Source of the DNA: Lysobacterales bacterium
Lineage (GTDB): Bacteria; Pseudomonadota; Gammaproteobacteria; Xanthomonadales; SZUA-38
Length of the DNA: 64,000 nt
Direction: 5' to 3'
Assembly: GCA_045106555.1 (NCBI GenBank)
Contig: JBGCET010000003.1
Span: 55,244-119,243 of the forward strand
Shown here: positions 20,315 through 29,671 of the stretch, piece after piece
Position numbering within the stretch: position 1 is the first letter of the stretch
Layout: every line of letters begins with the position of its first letter
Notes under the pieces: generated by a model
What the model was told of the DNA's origin: nothing
What the model saw: the letters and a program-made list of their open reading frames with translations, nothing else
Databases searched by the model: none
Translations under genes and position numbers: made by a program

Positions 20315-21361
20315 ATGAGTCAGCCTCAACTAGAGTTAGCCGGTTCACGCCAGTTCACCAGTTGGCTGCAGGAATCCGGCGGCGCGCTGGCTTTTTCCAC
20401 CTACCAAGCGGGCAAGCTGTTCTTGATCGGGCTTCAGCCTGACGGACGCTTGTCCGTGTTCGAGCGAACCTTCGCCCGCTGTATGGGGCTGGCTGTTCAG
20501 GGAGACACGCTGTGGGTGAGTACGCTTTATCAGCTTTGGCGGTTTGAAAACGCCCTTGCTCCCGGTGCCAATCATCAAGGCTATGATCGGCTTTACGTGC
20601 CACAAATGGGATATACCACTGGAGATGTGGACGTTCACGATGTGGCGGTCACTGCCGATCAATCCCCCGTGTTTGTCAACACGCTATTTAGCTGCCTGGC
20701 AGCGCCGGATGAAAAATACAGTTTCCGCGAAGTCTGGCGACCGCCGTTTGTTTCTCGTTTGGCGGCGGAAGACCGTTGCCACCTCAATGGGTTGGCCATG
20801 CGAGACGGTCGTCCAGCGTATGTCACCTGCGTTGCTGCCACAGACGTTAACGAGGGTTGGCGAGACCATCGTCAAAAGGGTGGGGTTGTTATCTGCGTGG
20901 AAGACAATGAGACGGTGTGTGCCGGCTTGTCTATGCCACACTCGCCGCGCTGGCATGACGACAAGCTGTGGCTGCATAATTCGGGCACGGGTGAATTTGG
21001 CTTTGTCGATCTGGAGCGGGGTTGTTTTGAGCCTGTTGCGTTTTGCCCGGGCTATCTGCGCGGACTGAGTTTCAGCGGTGACTTTGCCGTTGCCGGGTTG
21101 TCCAAGGCCCGTGGTAATAAAACGTTTTCTGGATTGGCATTGGATGATGGGCTGGCGTCGCGCAATGCCAGCGCGCGCTGTGCTTTGCAGGTGATCGATC
21201 TTAAGCGGGGTGATGTTGTTCATGAGCTCCGTATCGAGGGGGTTGTGGAAGAACTCTTTGACGTGATGACGCTACCGGGGGTAGCCCGGCCCATGGCGCT
21301 GGGTTTCAAGACCGACGAAATCCGAAGAGTGTTGTCGTTGCCACCGGATGCCGCAGGCTGA
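20315..21361 (+). CDS. TIGR03032/DUF4915 family beta-propeller protein
   Basis: STYQAGKL, TGDVDVHD, FVNTLFSCLA, EDRCHLNGLA, GLSMPHSPRW, FCPGYLRG. Confidence 0.88.
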   Translation: MSQPQLELAGSRQFTSWLQESGGALAFSTYQAGKLFLIGLQPDGRLSVFERTFARCMGLAVQGDTLWVSTLYQLWRFENALAPGANHQGYDRLYVPQMGYTTGDVDVHDVAVTADQSPVFVNTLFSCLAAPDEKYSFREVWRPPFVSRLAAEDRCHLNGLAMRDGRPAYVTCVAATDVNEGWRDHRQKGGVVICVEDNETVCAGLSMPHSPRWHDDKLWLHNSGTGEFGFVDLERGCFEPVAFCPGYLRGLSFSGDFAVAGLSKARGNKTFSGLALDDGLASRNASARCALQVIDLKRGDVVHELRIEGVVEELFDVMTLPGVARPMALGFKTDEIRRVLSLPPDAAG

Positions 21362-21445
21362 CTGTCGCCCAAGCGGGGTTAGAAGAACTGTTTTGAACTG
21401 CTCTGGAGCGTTTTGGAAGCGCCCAGTCAAAAGGGAGTTTGACCG

Positions 21446-21682
21446 ATGATTGACGTTTTTAGAATCATGGGCTTTTTGCTGATTCTGTCTGGCATTTTAG
21501 TCATCATGACCTGGCTAATTGAGCCTTTGCGCGCGCTGTGGCCGCTATTGCTGGCGTTGCCAACGCCAGTACTGATCGGCATTGGCGTGGCCGCGGCAGG
21601 GCTATTGCTGCTGATGGCGTCGCTGATTTGGGAGAGAACCAAAGATCGCGAGAATGAAAAACATATGCTGGAGCAAGACTGA
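21446..21682 (+). CDS. Small two-TM membrane protein
   Basis: RBS AGGGAG, two hydrophobic helices, TGATG-coupled to the next gene. Confidence 0.65.
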   Translation: MIDVFRIMGFLLILSGILVIMTWLIEPLRALWPLLLALPTPVLIGIGVAAAGLLLLMASLIWERTKDRENEKHMLEQD

Positions 21683-22014
21683 TGGCCGGACTACTGATCG
21701 TAACCACCGATTTTGTCGCAGGAAAAAAAATTGACAGTACCCTGGGTGTAGCGCGTGGAAGCACCATACGTACCAAACACGTGGGCAAAGACTTTATGGC
21801 AGGTCTGCGCACACTGGTTGGTGGTGAGCTGAAGGAATACAGCGAAATGTTGGTTGAGTCTCGGGCCCAGGCGTTGAGCCGAATGGAGGAGCAGGCGCTG
21901 AAAATGGGCGCCGATGCGGTTGTCGGGGTGCGTTTCGTCACTTCTCAGGTTATGGCCGGTGCGGCGGAACTGCTGGCGTACGGCACTGCCGTTACCCTCA
22001 GCGACGAGGGATGA
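21682..22014 (+). CDS. YbjQ/UPF0145 family protein
   Basis: GLRTLVGGELKEY...R.QAL.RM...A..MGADAVVGVRF...ELLAYGTAV. Confidence 0.92.
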   Translation: MAGLLIVTTDFVAGKKIDSTLGVARGSTIRTKHVGKDFMAGLRTLVGGELKEYSEMLVESRAQALSRMEEQALKMGADAVVGVRFVTSQVMAGAAELLAYGTAVTLSDEG

Positions 22015-22499
22015 CCATGAAGACTTTAACGGGAGCGGTGGTGCTGATTGGAGTGCTCTTCGCCTTCACTACCGGAACCGCCGCAGAAAAACTCTACAAG
22101 TGGGTAGACGCCAACGGCAACGTACACTTTTCTGATCGACCACCTGAAGCATCCACCGACGCGCAAGAAATTGAAGTGGACGCCGAAATCAGCGCCGACC
22201 GTCAGCGCGAAGCACTGAACCGGCAACGTGCCACTCAGACTGCCGTGAGCCAACGCCAGCTGGCCAAAATCGAACGGGCCAAAGAAGATGCCCGGTTGAC
22301 CCAGGAGCGCCAGAAAACCGCGGCGGAAAGCCAGATTCGCTGCGCACAGGCTCGATCTAATCTTGCTGTGGTTGAGCGCGCGGCCCCGGCGTATTCCGTC
22401 AACGACGCCGGTCAACGAGAATATTTAGAGGACGCGGGCAGAGACCAAAAACTGGCTCAGTTTCGGCAAGCGATCCGCCAGTTTTGTGACAAGGGATAA
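22011..22499 (+). CDS. DUF4124 domain secreted protein
   Basis: Signal peptide, then LYKWVDANGNVHFSDRPP. Confidence 0.88.
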   Translation: MTMKTLTGAVVLIGVLFAFTTGTAAEKLYKWVDANGNVHFSDRPPEASTDAQEIEVDAEISADRQREALNRQRATQTAVSQRQLAKIERAKEDARLTQERQKTAAESQIRCAQARSNLAVVERAAPAYSVNDAGQREYLEDAGRDQKLAQFRQAIRQFCDKG

Positions 22500-22502
22500 G
22501 TC

Positions 22503-23873
22503 ATGAGTTCAAATTTACATGTTGTCATTTTGGCGGCCGGGCAGGGCAAACGTATGCGTAGCCCGTTGCCCAAAGTTTTGCAGCCCGTTGCTGGTCAGCC
22601 TTTGTTAGGCCACGTTATTGGCATTGCGCGAAGCTTGGATCCTGTCGCAGTGCACGTGGTCTACGGTCATGGTGCCGAGAAGGTGAAAGAGGCATTTGCC
22701 CATCAGCCTGATCTGCACTGGGCGTTGCAGGAGCAACAGCTTGGCACCGGCCACGCGGTGCAGATGGCGCTACCGGATATTCCTGATGGCGCCATGGTTC
22801 TGGTGCTGCTTGGTGATGCGCCATTAATGACGTCCGATTCTCTGCGACAGGTGCTTAACGACGCGAATGACGGTCTGGGCGTATTATCCGCCCGGGTGGG
22901 TGATGCATTCGGTTACGGGCGCATTGTGCGAGCAATGGACGGCCAGCTGGAGCGCATCGTAGAACAAAAAGATGCTGACGAAACTGAGCTGGCAATTCAC
23001 GAGGTAAACAGTGGTGTGATTGCAGCGCCTGCCCAAAGTCTTCGGTGCTGGCTGGGTCAGGTAGACCAAGGCAACGCCCAGGGCGAGTTTTACCTCACCG
23101 ACTGTGTTGCAATAGCTCGGGCGGCTGGCGCTAGGGTGAGCGCAACCGTGGCGGGACATGCGGATGAAATTTTGGGCGCGAACGACCGTTGGCAGCTGGC
23201 GGAGCTGGAGCGCTTGTATCAGCGCCGTCAGGTGGCTGCGTTGTGTTACGACGGCGCCACGGTGATGGACCCGTCGCGGGTTGACGTGCGCGGCTCGGTC
23301 ACGGTAGACGAAGAGGTAGTCATCGACGTCAACACCATTTTTGAAGGTGAGGTGGTGCTGGGTGCAGGGGTCAGAATTGGCGCCGGGTGTGTCATCCGTG
23401 ACAGTCAGCTTGGGCCTGGTACCCGCGTTGCGCCTTACAGTGTTCTTGAAGGCGTGCAGACGGCCGGTGATTGCGACATCGGACCCTTCGCGAGGCTTCG
23501 TCAGGGCACCCGCCTGGGACGACAAACCAAAGTCGGTAACTTTGTTGAAACGAAAAAAGCGGAGCTGGGTGACGGCAGTAAGGCCAGTCACCTGTCCTAT
23601 CTGGGCGATGCGAAAATTGGCCAGCAGGTCAACATCGGCGCCGGCACCATCACCTGCAATTATGATGGCGTCAACAAGCACCTGACGGTGATTGAGGACG
23701 GCGTGTTTGTCGGTTCTGACACCCAACTGGTGGCTCCGGTGACGGTAGGCGCTGGCGCTACTCTGGGCGCCGGAACCACATTAACCCACGATGCGCCCAC
23801 CGACTCGTTAACCATTTCCAGGGTGCGACAAACAGTGATTGAGGGTTGGCAAAAGCCGGTCAAAAAATCGTGA
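22503..23873 (+). CDS. glmU: Bifunctional UDP-N-acetylglucosamine pyrophosphorylase / glucosamine-1-phosphate acetyltransferase
   Basis: LAAGQGKRM.S.LPKVL, QLGTGHAV, GYGRIVR, NAQGEFYLTD, hexapeptide repeats, GNFVETK, HLSYLGDA, CNYDGVNK. Confidence 0.98.
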   Translation: MSSNLHVVILAAGQGKRMRSPLPKVLQPVAGQPLLGHVIGIARSLDPVAVHVVYGHGAEKVKEAFAHQPDLHWALQEQQLGTGHAVQMALPDIPDGAMVLVLLGDAPLMTSDSLRQVLNDANDGLGVLSARVGDAFGYGRIVRAMDGQLERIVEQKDADETELAIHEVNSGVIAAPAQSLRCWLGQVDQGNAQGEFYLTDCVAIARAAGARVSATVAGHADEILGANDRWQLAELERLYQRRQVAALCYDGATVMDPSRVDVRGSVTVDEEVVIDVNTIFEGEVVLGAGVRIGAGCVIRDSQLGPGTRVAPYSVLEGVQTAGDCDIGPFARLRQGTRLGRQTKVGNFVETKKAELGDGSKASHLSYLGDAKIGQQVNIGAGTITCNYDGVNKHLTVIEDGVFVGSDTQLVAPVTVGAGATLGAGTTLTHDAPTDSLTISRVRQTVIEGWQKPVKKS

Positions 23874-23920
23874 CGTCACAACGGCTCCCGCAAAAAAAAC
23901 CCGTATTGACAATGGAAGGG

Positions 23921-26554
23921 CTATCGTTCGAAACCATTGAGAAATAGTGGGTCAGGGCGCACCGGGCCAACAGCCACCGTCACGGTGGCCGGGGTAAAAT
24001 TGCCCTGGTTGTCGGAGGCCCAGTAGCGGAAGCTGTCGGTGCCCACGAAATCATAGTCTGGCCGGTACAGCACCGTGCCATCACCGTTATCGAACACCAG
24101 GCCATGAATAGGCTGAAGCAATCCGTCCACGCTGATCGGGTTGCCTTCTGGGTCACTGTCATTGCTAACAAGGTTGATGACCACGGATTGGTCGGTCGAG
24201 GTATTGGCCACGTCATCGACTGCCACCGGCGGCAGGCTGGCAAGGTCAATCGTTCCGCGCTGGAATGCGTCGGACCAGGCAAAAAACTGATTGCCCAATA
24301 AGTTATCAACCTGCGGACCCAGGCGGGTTTTCAGACCCATTTTATGTACCTGGCCGGTTGCCCGGTCGGTAAAATATTCCTCTTCCACGGCGTAGGCGTC
24401 GCCGCCGGCGGTGCGGTAATACCCGTCTTCGGCACAGATGGTAATCATGTCGAACACCGGTGTGCCAATGCTATCGGTGCCGCCGGGGATGGGCGTGCTG
24501 CCAATGCTGTCCTGTTTGCTACCGGTGTAAACCACCCCAGAGCCGGCGCTGGTGGCCGGTGACAGAAATTCCAGCGGCAAGTTGTCCAGGTTAACTTGGA
24601 AACGCCCGGGCACCAGATCTGCACTGGTTAGCAGTTGGTCCAGTGCCGGATCGTAGTTTTCGTAGGCATTGGCCACGTCGTTCATGGTGATATCAATGGT
24701 GACGTACTGGTTAGCGTCAGGCTGGATATTGGGGTCGGTAAAATCCTTCGCCAGACCAATGCCCGTCTCGAAATTGGTGATGGTTGCCCGGTGGATCACC
24801 ATGTCTGAAGTGTTGGTGCCGAAATCGATACCAAAGGCCGCTTCGCTGAAAGGCTCAGGCGCTTTTCCCACAACGTCAAAGTCTTCCAGCAGGTAATGAG
24901 ATGTGTATTCCAGCGCCGCTCCGGCCTGCACCTCCCAGGCAAGAAATTGAGTGAGATGAGAGTGAATATCATGTTGCTGGTTGGGATTAGCCTTCACCAC
25001 ATACAGGCCAACGGTGCTGGCGAAACTCTCGTTGCCGTGAAACCCTAATATGGGGGCGTCATCGGGAGCAGACTGGCCGTTTCGACGTAACGCCTCAGGA
25101 AGGGTGAAGGCCTGGTTGTCAAACCCCAGCATGCCGGCGCCGCGGTGCAGGTAAACAAAGCCGTGGTTCACGCTGGCCGCGATGTTGCCAACACTTTTTA
25201 CCATCCGGCCCTGGAACCAAAATCCATCGCCGGTGCGTCCCATATCAAACAGCTCTACATCATTGCCATTTTTGGGATTGAACGCCCTGTTGCCCTCGGC
25301 CTTAATGGCGATGTTGTGGGTCCAGCTGCCAATTTCATTGCCGGTTTCGGCGACAAAGCCTGCGCCGAAGGTGTCAAACGAGGCGTTGTTGTGAAAGATC
25401 GCGTTACTGTCGTGATGTACATACCCCCATCCCGGAGAATCGAATACGGCATTACCAATCACAACAGCAGGGTTCCGTGGGTCGGAAATGCCGGCGCGAT
25501 GAATGTGGAATGGATACCGACCCCGCACGTTGCTGTCGGCAGCGATAGAGCCAAAATCGGCGGCCTCCAGGCTGAGAAAAGCTTTACTGGTTCGTCCAAG
25601 ATGCTGAAAGGCGGCGTAGCGCACGTCTATATTGTCGTTATTGACGAACATCACATGACCGCGACGCTCTCGAGAAACCTGGGGGTTCTGGGTTGCTATG
25701 GTGACATTGCGGGAATAGTTGGCGACTGAAGTCTTCAAATCAGCCCTTGGCGCCCCATGGCTGTAAACCAGTGCGGGAGTAAAGCTCACCTGCGCGCCGA
25801 CAACGGCGGTAACGGTAACCACCTCATCTTCGGTGCCAAAATAGCGTACCTCACGGAGGGAATTATCCCAGCGCCAGCCCGAATAGTGGGTGCCGGCAAT
25901 TACCAGAGTGTCGCCAACCTCCCAGTTCACGGGTGCTTGGGCCATCTGGATGGCGGTATCGCCTGCCACAGGGTCTACGGCCACTTTACCGTGGACCGTT
26001 TTTGCTGCACCGTGGATACGTACTTCGCCACTGGCAACCACTCCGCGCCCCATTAGCGCCGGGTCACCCGCAGGATCCAGGTTGCCGTTATCCGCGATGA
26101 GTATTTCCACCTGCACGTTGGCCGCAATGGGGGCGGAGAGCTGGCCAATCAGTAACAATCCTGCAGCGTCTACGGTCAGGGTGTCCAGCACCAGCCGGGA
26201 GCTTTGGGTGGTGGAAAACTGCAGCGTACCCTCGACGCTCACCTGCCCAAGCGCAACATCACTGACCGCATCGTAAGTCAGCGAAAAACCGGCGGGTATC
26301 AGGACGTTGCTGCCAGCAGCGGGTACCTGGCCGGTTGACCAGTTTGTTGGGTCAAACCACGAGCCGCTGGCGTTGGCGGTGACATCAGGCGCGCCCTTCT
26401 GGACCAGGTGGTGATGGGCATGAACCTCCCAGTGCTCAGTTTTAGGCTCGGACACAGCATTTTGCGCGAACGCCGATTTAATCAGCATTTGCTCGCTGCT
26501 GACCGTCAGGGTCAGGGACAGTACGGTCAGCACCAATAAAGGATGAGGCTTCAT
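23921..26554 (-). CDS. Secreted G8-domain / parallel beta-helix protein with C-terminal Ig-like (Big_9/cadherin-like) domain and LFLNGFE tail
   Basis: Signal peptide from MKPHPLL; SGSWFDPTNW..GQVP G8 start; GRYPFHIH; PVAVDD...NDSDPEG...Y.P..DFVGTDSF.Y Ig-like domain; ends DPLFLNGFER*. Confidence 0.82.
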   Translation of the reverse strand: MKPHPLLVLTVLSLTLTVSSEQMLIKSAFAQNAVSEPKTEHWEVHAHHHLVQKGAPDVTANASGSWFDPTNWSTGQVPAAGSNVLIPAGFSLTYDAVSDVALGQVSVEGTLQFSTTQSSRLVLDTLTVDAAGLLLIGQLSAPIAANVQVEILIADNGNLDPAGDPALMGRGVVASGEVRIHGAAKTVHGKVAVDPVAGDTAIQMAQAPVNWEVGDTLVIAGTHYSGWRWDNSLREVRYFGTEDEVVTVTAVVGAQVSFTPALVYSHGAPRADLKTSVANYSRNVTIATQNPQVSRERRGHVMFVNNDNIDVRYAAFQHLGRTSKAFLSLEAADFGSIAADSNVRGRYPFHIHRAGISDPRNPAVVIGNAVFDSPGWGYVHHDSNAIFHNNASFDTFGAGFVAETGNEIGSWTHNIAIKAEGNRAFNPKNGNDVELFDMGRTGDGFWFQGRMVKSVGNIAASVNHGFVYLHRGAGMLGFDNQAFTLPEALRRNGQSAPDDAPILGFHGNESFASTVGLYVVKANPNQQHDIHSHLTQFLAWEVQAGAALEYTSHYLLEDFDVVGKAPEPFSEAAFGIDFGTNTSDMVIHRATITNFETGIGLAKDFTDPNIQPDANQYVTIDITMNDVANAYENYDPALDQLLTSADLVPGRFQVNLDNLPLEFLSPATSAGSGVVYTGSKQDSIGSTPIPGGTDSIGTPVFDMITICAEDGYYRTAGGDAYAVEEEYFTDRATGQVHKMGLKTRLGPQVDNLLGNQFFAWSDAFQRGTIDLASLPPVAVDDVANTSTDQSVVINLVSNDSDPEGNPISVDGLLQPIHGLVFDNGDGTVLYRPDYDFVGTDSFRYWASDNQGNFTPATVTVAVGPVRPDPLFLNGFER

Positions 26555-26677
26555 GGGCAGTACTTCGCAGGTTGGGACTAACGGAAATTTAGCAGATGCA
26601 CTCAATGGTAGGCAGGACGGACCTCTTTGCGACCGACAGGTGGCATTGAACGACGGGCATGCGGTCAATAATGGGCG

Positions 26678-27571
26678 TTACTGAGCGAAAAACTCCGGTG
26701 CAGACTCTTCGATGACTGCGCCAGCCGCTCGCGCCGCCCGGCTGTGTTGGGAGGATCTTGAGTAGGCCAGCAGGACGTCGAAACTCATTCGGCTCGACTG
26801 GATATGGCGCGCCGACACGATGCCTCGCTGTACGTCTCGCACAACGGAAGAGCGGGTCAGGATGGCGGCTCCGGCTCCGGCCCGAACCAAGTCTTTCATT
26901 GCCGGCAATGCATCCAGTTCATAGGCGAGGTTGAACTCAACCCCGGCTTCCTTAAAGACCTCAGCCATCCGGTTGCGGATGCCTTTCTTTTCAAACGGCG
27001 CAATCAGCTGCAGGTTGGCCATTTGCTCAATGGTCACCGGATCGGGAATGTCTTGGTCGTTGTTCACCACCAGACAAAGCTCTTCCCGGCCAATTTTGTG
27101 GGCAGACAAAGACGCGTTGTTAGGCGGTTCGAACACCACCGCCAGGTCCAGCCGGTCGGAGGCAAGCCATTCCGATAAAGTGGCGCTCAGACCTTCGGTT
27201 AAACGCACCGTGATATCCGGGTGTTGGGTTTTCATCCGCTCAAGCAACGTGGCGGCCATCACCAGAGTGGTTGATGGCGGCATGCCGATTCGGACAACCC
27301 CGGCAGGATTGTCATACCAGCTTTGCAGGTTGCGCCGGGTATCTTCCAGTTGGGCCAGCACCGAGCGGGCCCGTTCATAAAGAAATTCACCCTGCTCGGT
27401 CATGGTGACCCCCCGACCGGTGCGAATTAACAGTTGAACCCCAAGCTCTTCCTCAAGCAGGCGCATGTGCCGACTGAGCGCAGATTGGGCAATGGGGATG
27501 CGCTCTGCGGCCTGGGTAAAACTGCCCTGATCAGAGACGACGAGAAAATATCGGAGCTGGCGCAAATCCAT
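26678..27571 (-). CDS. LysR-family transcriptional regulator
   Basis: MDLRQLRYF...GSFTQAA...AQSALSR.MR.LEEELGV.L..RTGRGV..T HTH; divergent from the catabolic operon. Confidence 0.96.
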   Translation of the reverse strand: MDLRQLRYFLVVSDQGSFTQAAERIPIAQSALSRHMRLLEEELGVQLLIRTGRGVTMTEQGEFLYERARSVLAQLEDTRRNLQSWYDNPAGVVRIGMPPSTTLVMAATLLERMKTQHPDITVRLTEGLSATLSEWLASDRLDLAVVFEPPNNASLSAHKIGREELCLVVNNDQDIPDPVTIEQMANLQLIAPFEKKGIRNRMAEVFKEAGVEFNLAYELDALPAMKDLVRAGAGAAILTRSSVVRDVQRGIVSARHIQSSRMSFDVLLAYSRSSQHSRAARAAGAVIEESAPEFFAQ

Positions 27572-27637
27572 AGCACAGAAGTTTACCCCAGTTGGCGACG
27601 AGAAAAGTGCACTCGGCCAGAATCAAGACCATTTCCC

Positions 27638-27674
27638 ATACCAATTGATGATGTGGAACATCGAAAAAATGCAT
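27638..27674. promoter_or_regulatory. Two T-N11-A LysR-type boxes 22 bp apart (ATACCAATTGATGAT; ATCGAAAAAATGCAT)
   Basis: Located between the divergent LysR gene and the monooxygenase operon; spacing typical of LysR recognition and activation sites. Confidence 0.55.
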
Positions 27675-27730
27675 CATGGCCCCCAGCTGCGCCAGTTACA
27701 CTGCGGCCTGGAGTTTTTCTCAAGGCTGTC

Positions 27731-28924
27731 ATGCTTAAGGTTGATGTCATTGTGGTCGGCGCAGGGCCGGTTGGCACCGTTGCCGCCTACGTGCTGGCAA
27801 AGCAGGGTATTCGAGTCGCTATTTGCGAGGCTGGTACCACCCATGCAATGGATCTGCGAGCCTCCACCTTTCACCCACCCACCCTGGAAATGCTTGATGA
27901 GCTGGGGGTGGCGCAGCAAATCATTGACTACGGTCTGACGGCGCCGAAATACCATTTCCGTGAACGGCAAAGTGGTCAAGTCATCGAATTCGATATGAGC
28001 GACATTGCGGCGGAAACCCGTTTCCCCTTTCGCGTGCAGTGTGAACAACATGTCATGGCCGGCATGTTGTCGGAGCGGCTGGAAGACCACGACTTGGCTC
28101 ACGTACTGTACGAGCATCGAGCGTTGGGGTTCGAGCAGTCTGATGAGGGTGTAGAGGCGTGGTTTGAGACCCCTTACTGCGTCGAGAAAATTTCTGCTCG
28201 GTACATTATTGGCGCCGATGGCGGCAACTCGCTAATACGTAAATGGGTTGGGGCCCAGTTCAGCGGATTTACCTATCCTGAAAAGTTCTTGTGTTTGTCT
28301 ACCGAAACTGAACTGGCGGACCATATTCCCAATCTCGCTTACGTTAATTATGTTGCCGATCCGCAAGAATGGTTGGTTTTGCTGCGAGTGCCCAGCGTCT
28401 GGCGTATCTTATTGCCTGCCAGCGAACAGACCCCTGATGAGGAGCTGCTGGCTGACGCCATGAAAGAAGCGGTCTTTGAGCGCCTGATAGGCAAGCGTGA
28501 TGTGACCACCAGTCATCGAACTATCTATCGGGTACACCAGCGGGTTGTGGATAATTTCAGTCATGGCCGAGCGTTTTTGGTGGGGGATGCCGCCCATTTG
28601 AACAATCCCTTGGGCGGCTTGGGCATGAACAGCGGGATTCATGACGTATGGAATTTGCAGGCCAAGATTGCCCACTGCCTGTCTCACGGACACGACCCTG
28701 AACTGTTTGAACGGTTTGACCGACAGCGCCGAACGGTCACTAACGCATTTATTCAGGCTCAAACAATGCAGAACAAACAGCTGTTGGAGCACGGCGCCGC
28801 GGAGGGCCACGCCCGCCGGTTTGAAAAAATGCAGGCCACTCGGGATGATCCGATTCAGCGCCATGACTTTTTGATGCGCCAGTCCATGCTCAATTCACTC
28901 AAAGACGCGGAGCAAATAATCTAA
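27731..28924 (+). CDS. FAD-dependent monooxygenase (group A, MhpA/PheA-like)
   Basis: VVGAGPVG, IGADGGNS, GDAAHLNNPLGGLGMNSGIHD. Start moved to ATG 27731. Confidence 0.92.
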   Translation: MLKVDVIVVGAGPVGTVAAYVLAKQGIRVAICEAGTTHAMDLRASTFHPPTLEMLDELGVAQQIIDYGLTAPKYHFRERQSGQVIEFDMSDIAAETRFPFRVQCEQHVMAGMLSERLEDHDLAHVLYEHRALGFEQSDEGVEAWFETPYCVEKISARYIIGADGGNSLIRKWVGAQFSGFTYPEKFLCLSTETELADHIPNLAYVNYVADPQEWLVLLRVPSVWRILLPASEQTPDEELLADAMKEAVFERLIGKRDVTTSHRTIYRVHQRVVDNFSHGRAFLVGDAAHLNNPLGGLGMNSGIHDVWNLQAKIAHCLSHGHDPELFERFDRQRRTVTNAFIQAQTMQNKQLLEHGAAEGHARRFEKMQATRDDPIQRHDFLMRQSMLNSLKDAEQII

Positions 28925-29670
28925 TGACTGATGTATTGGGCTACAGAGCCCTTTTTGGAGTATTAGGCCCTTCAACCAACACGGTTGTGCAGCCGGACTT
29001 TGACGATTTGCGGCCGGTTGGTGTGACCAACCATTACAGCCGAATTGTGGTCCAGGATGCCAATGCCATCTCCAACGAAAGCTTCACCGCCGGCACGTTG
29101 GAGATTTCTGAAAACACCGTCGACGCTGTGGAAGGGGTGAAAACCTGCGCCCCGGACTATCTGGTGATGGGCATGTCGGCGGTGACCTTCTACGGCGGTG
29201 CTGAAGGTGGCAGGCGCTGGCGGGAAAATATTGAAAAGGTTTCGGGGCTGGGTATATCGATAGGGTCTGAATCCCTGGCTGAGGCGCTCAAAGCGTACGG
29301 TGGGATCAAGAAAATTGCTTTCCTGTCGCCCTACTATCCAGTTGCCAACACTGAGGTGAGCAACTTTCTGTCTGACTATGGTTATGAGACGGTTCGCGAC
29401 CATTGTCTGCAATGCCCCAGCTGGACGGCTATTGCCAAGGTTCCCGAGGCAACTCTGGTGAAGACCCTGAAAGACTTGGACGGTGACGATGTCGATGCAC
29501 TTATTCAGGTAGGCACCAACCTCTCCATGATTCGGCTGGCAGCGGCGGCCGAGCGCTGGCTGGAAAAGCCAGTCATAGCGATCAACACAGCAACCTACTG
29601 GCACGCCTTGCGAGCCAATGGCATTAACGACAAAGTAGCAGGCTTTGGCCGACTACTGGAGCAACATTAA
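28924..29670 (+). CDS. Asp/Glu racemase superfamily protein (maleate isomerase / arylmalonate decarboxylase-like)
   Basis: GVLGPSTNTVVQ, KIAFLSPY, DALIQVGTNL, E.WL.KPVIAIN.ATYWHALR; TAATG-coupled to the monooxygenase. Confidence 0.85.
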   Translation: MTDVLGYRALFGVLGPSTNTVVQPDFDDLRPVGVTNHYSRIVVQDANAISNESFTAGTLEISENTVDAVEGVKTCAPDYLVMGMSAVTFYGGAEGGRRWRENIEKVSGLGISIGSESLAEALKAYGGIKKIAFLSPYYPVANTEVSNFLSDYGYETVRDHCLQCPSWTAIAKVPEATLVKTLKDLDGDDVDALIQVGTNLSMIRLAAAAERWLEKPVIAINTATYWHALRANGINDKVAGFGRLLEQH

Positions 29671-29671
29671 C

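Noticed and set aside
22884-23726. 280-aa minus-strand ORF
   Set aside because: Antisense to glmU; expected from codon bias in GC-rich DNA.
27434-27730. 99-aa N-terminal extension of the monooxygenase in the ORF track
   Set aside because: Overlaps the divergent LysR gene and its promoter; the Rossmann motif begins right after Met at 27731. Similar over-extended starts were trimmed for the ORFs listed from 14076, 19784, 26668, 36534, 44421 and 63853.
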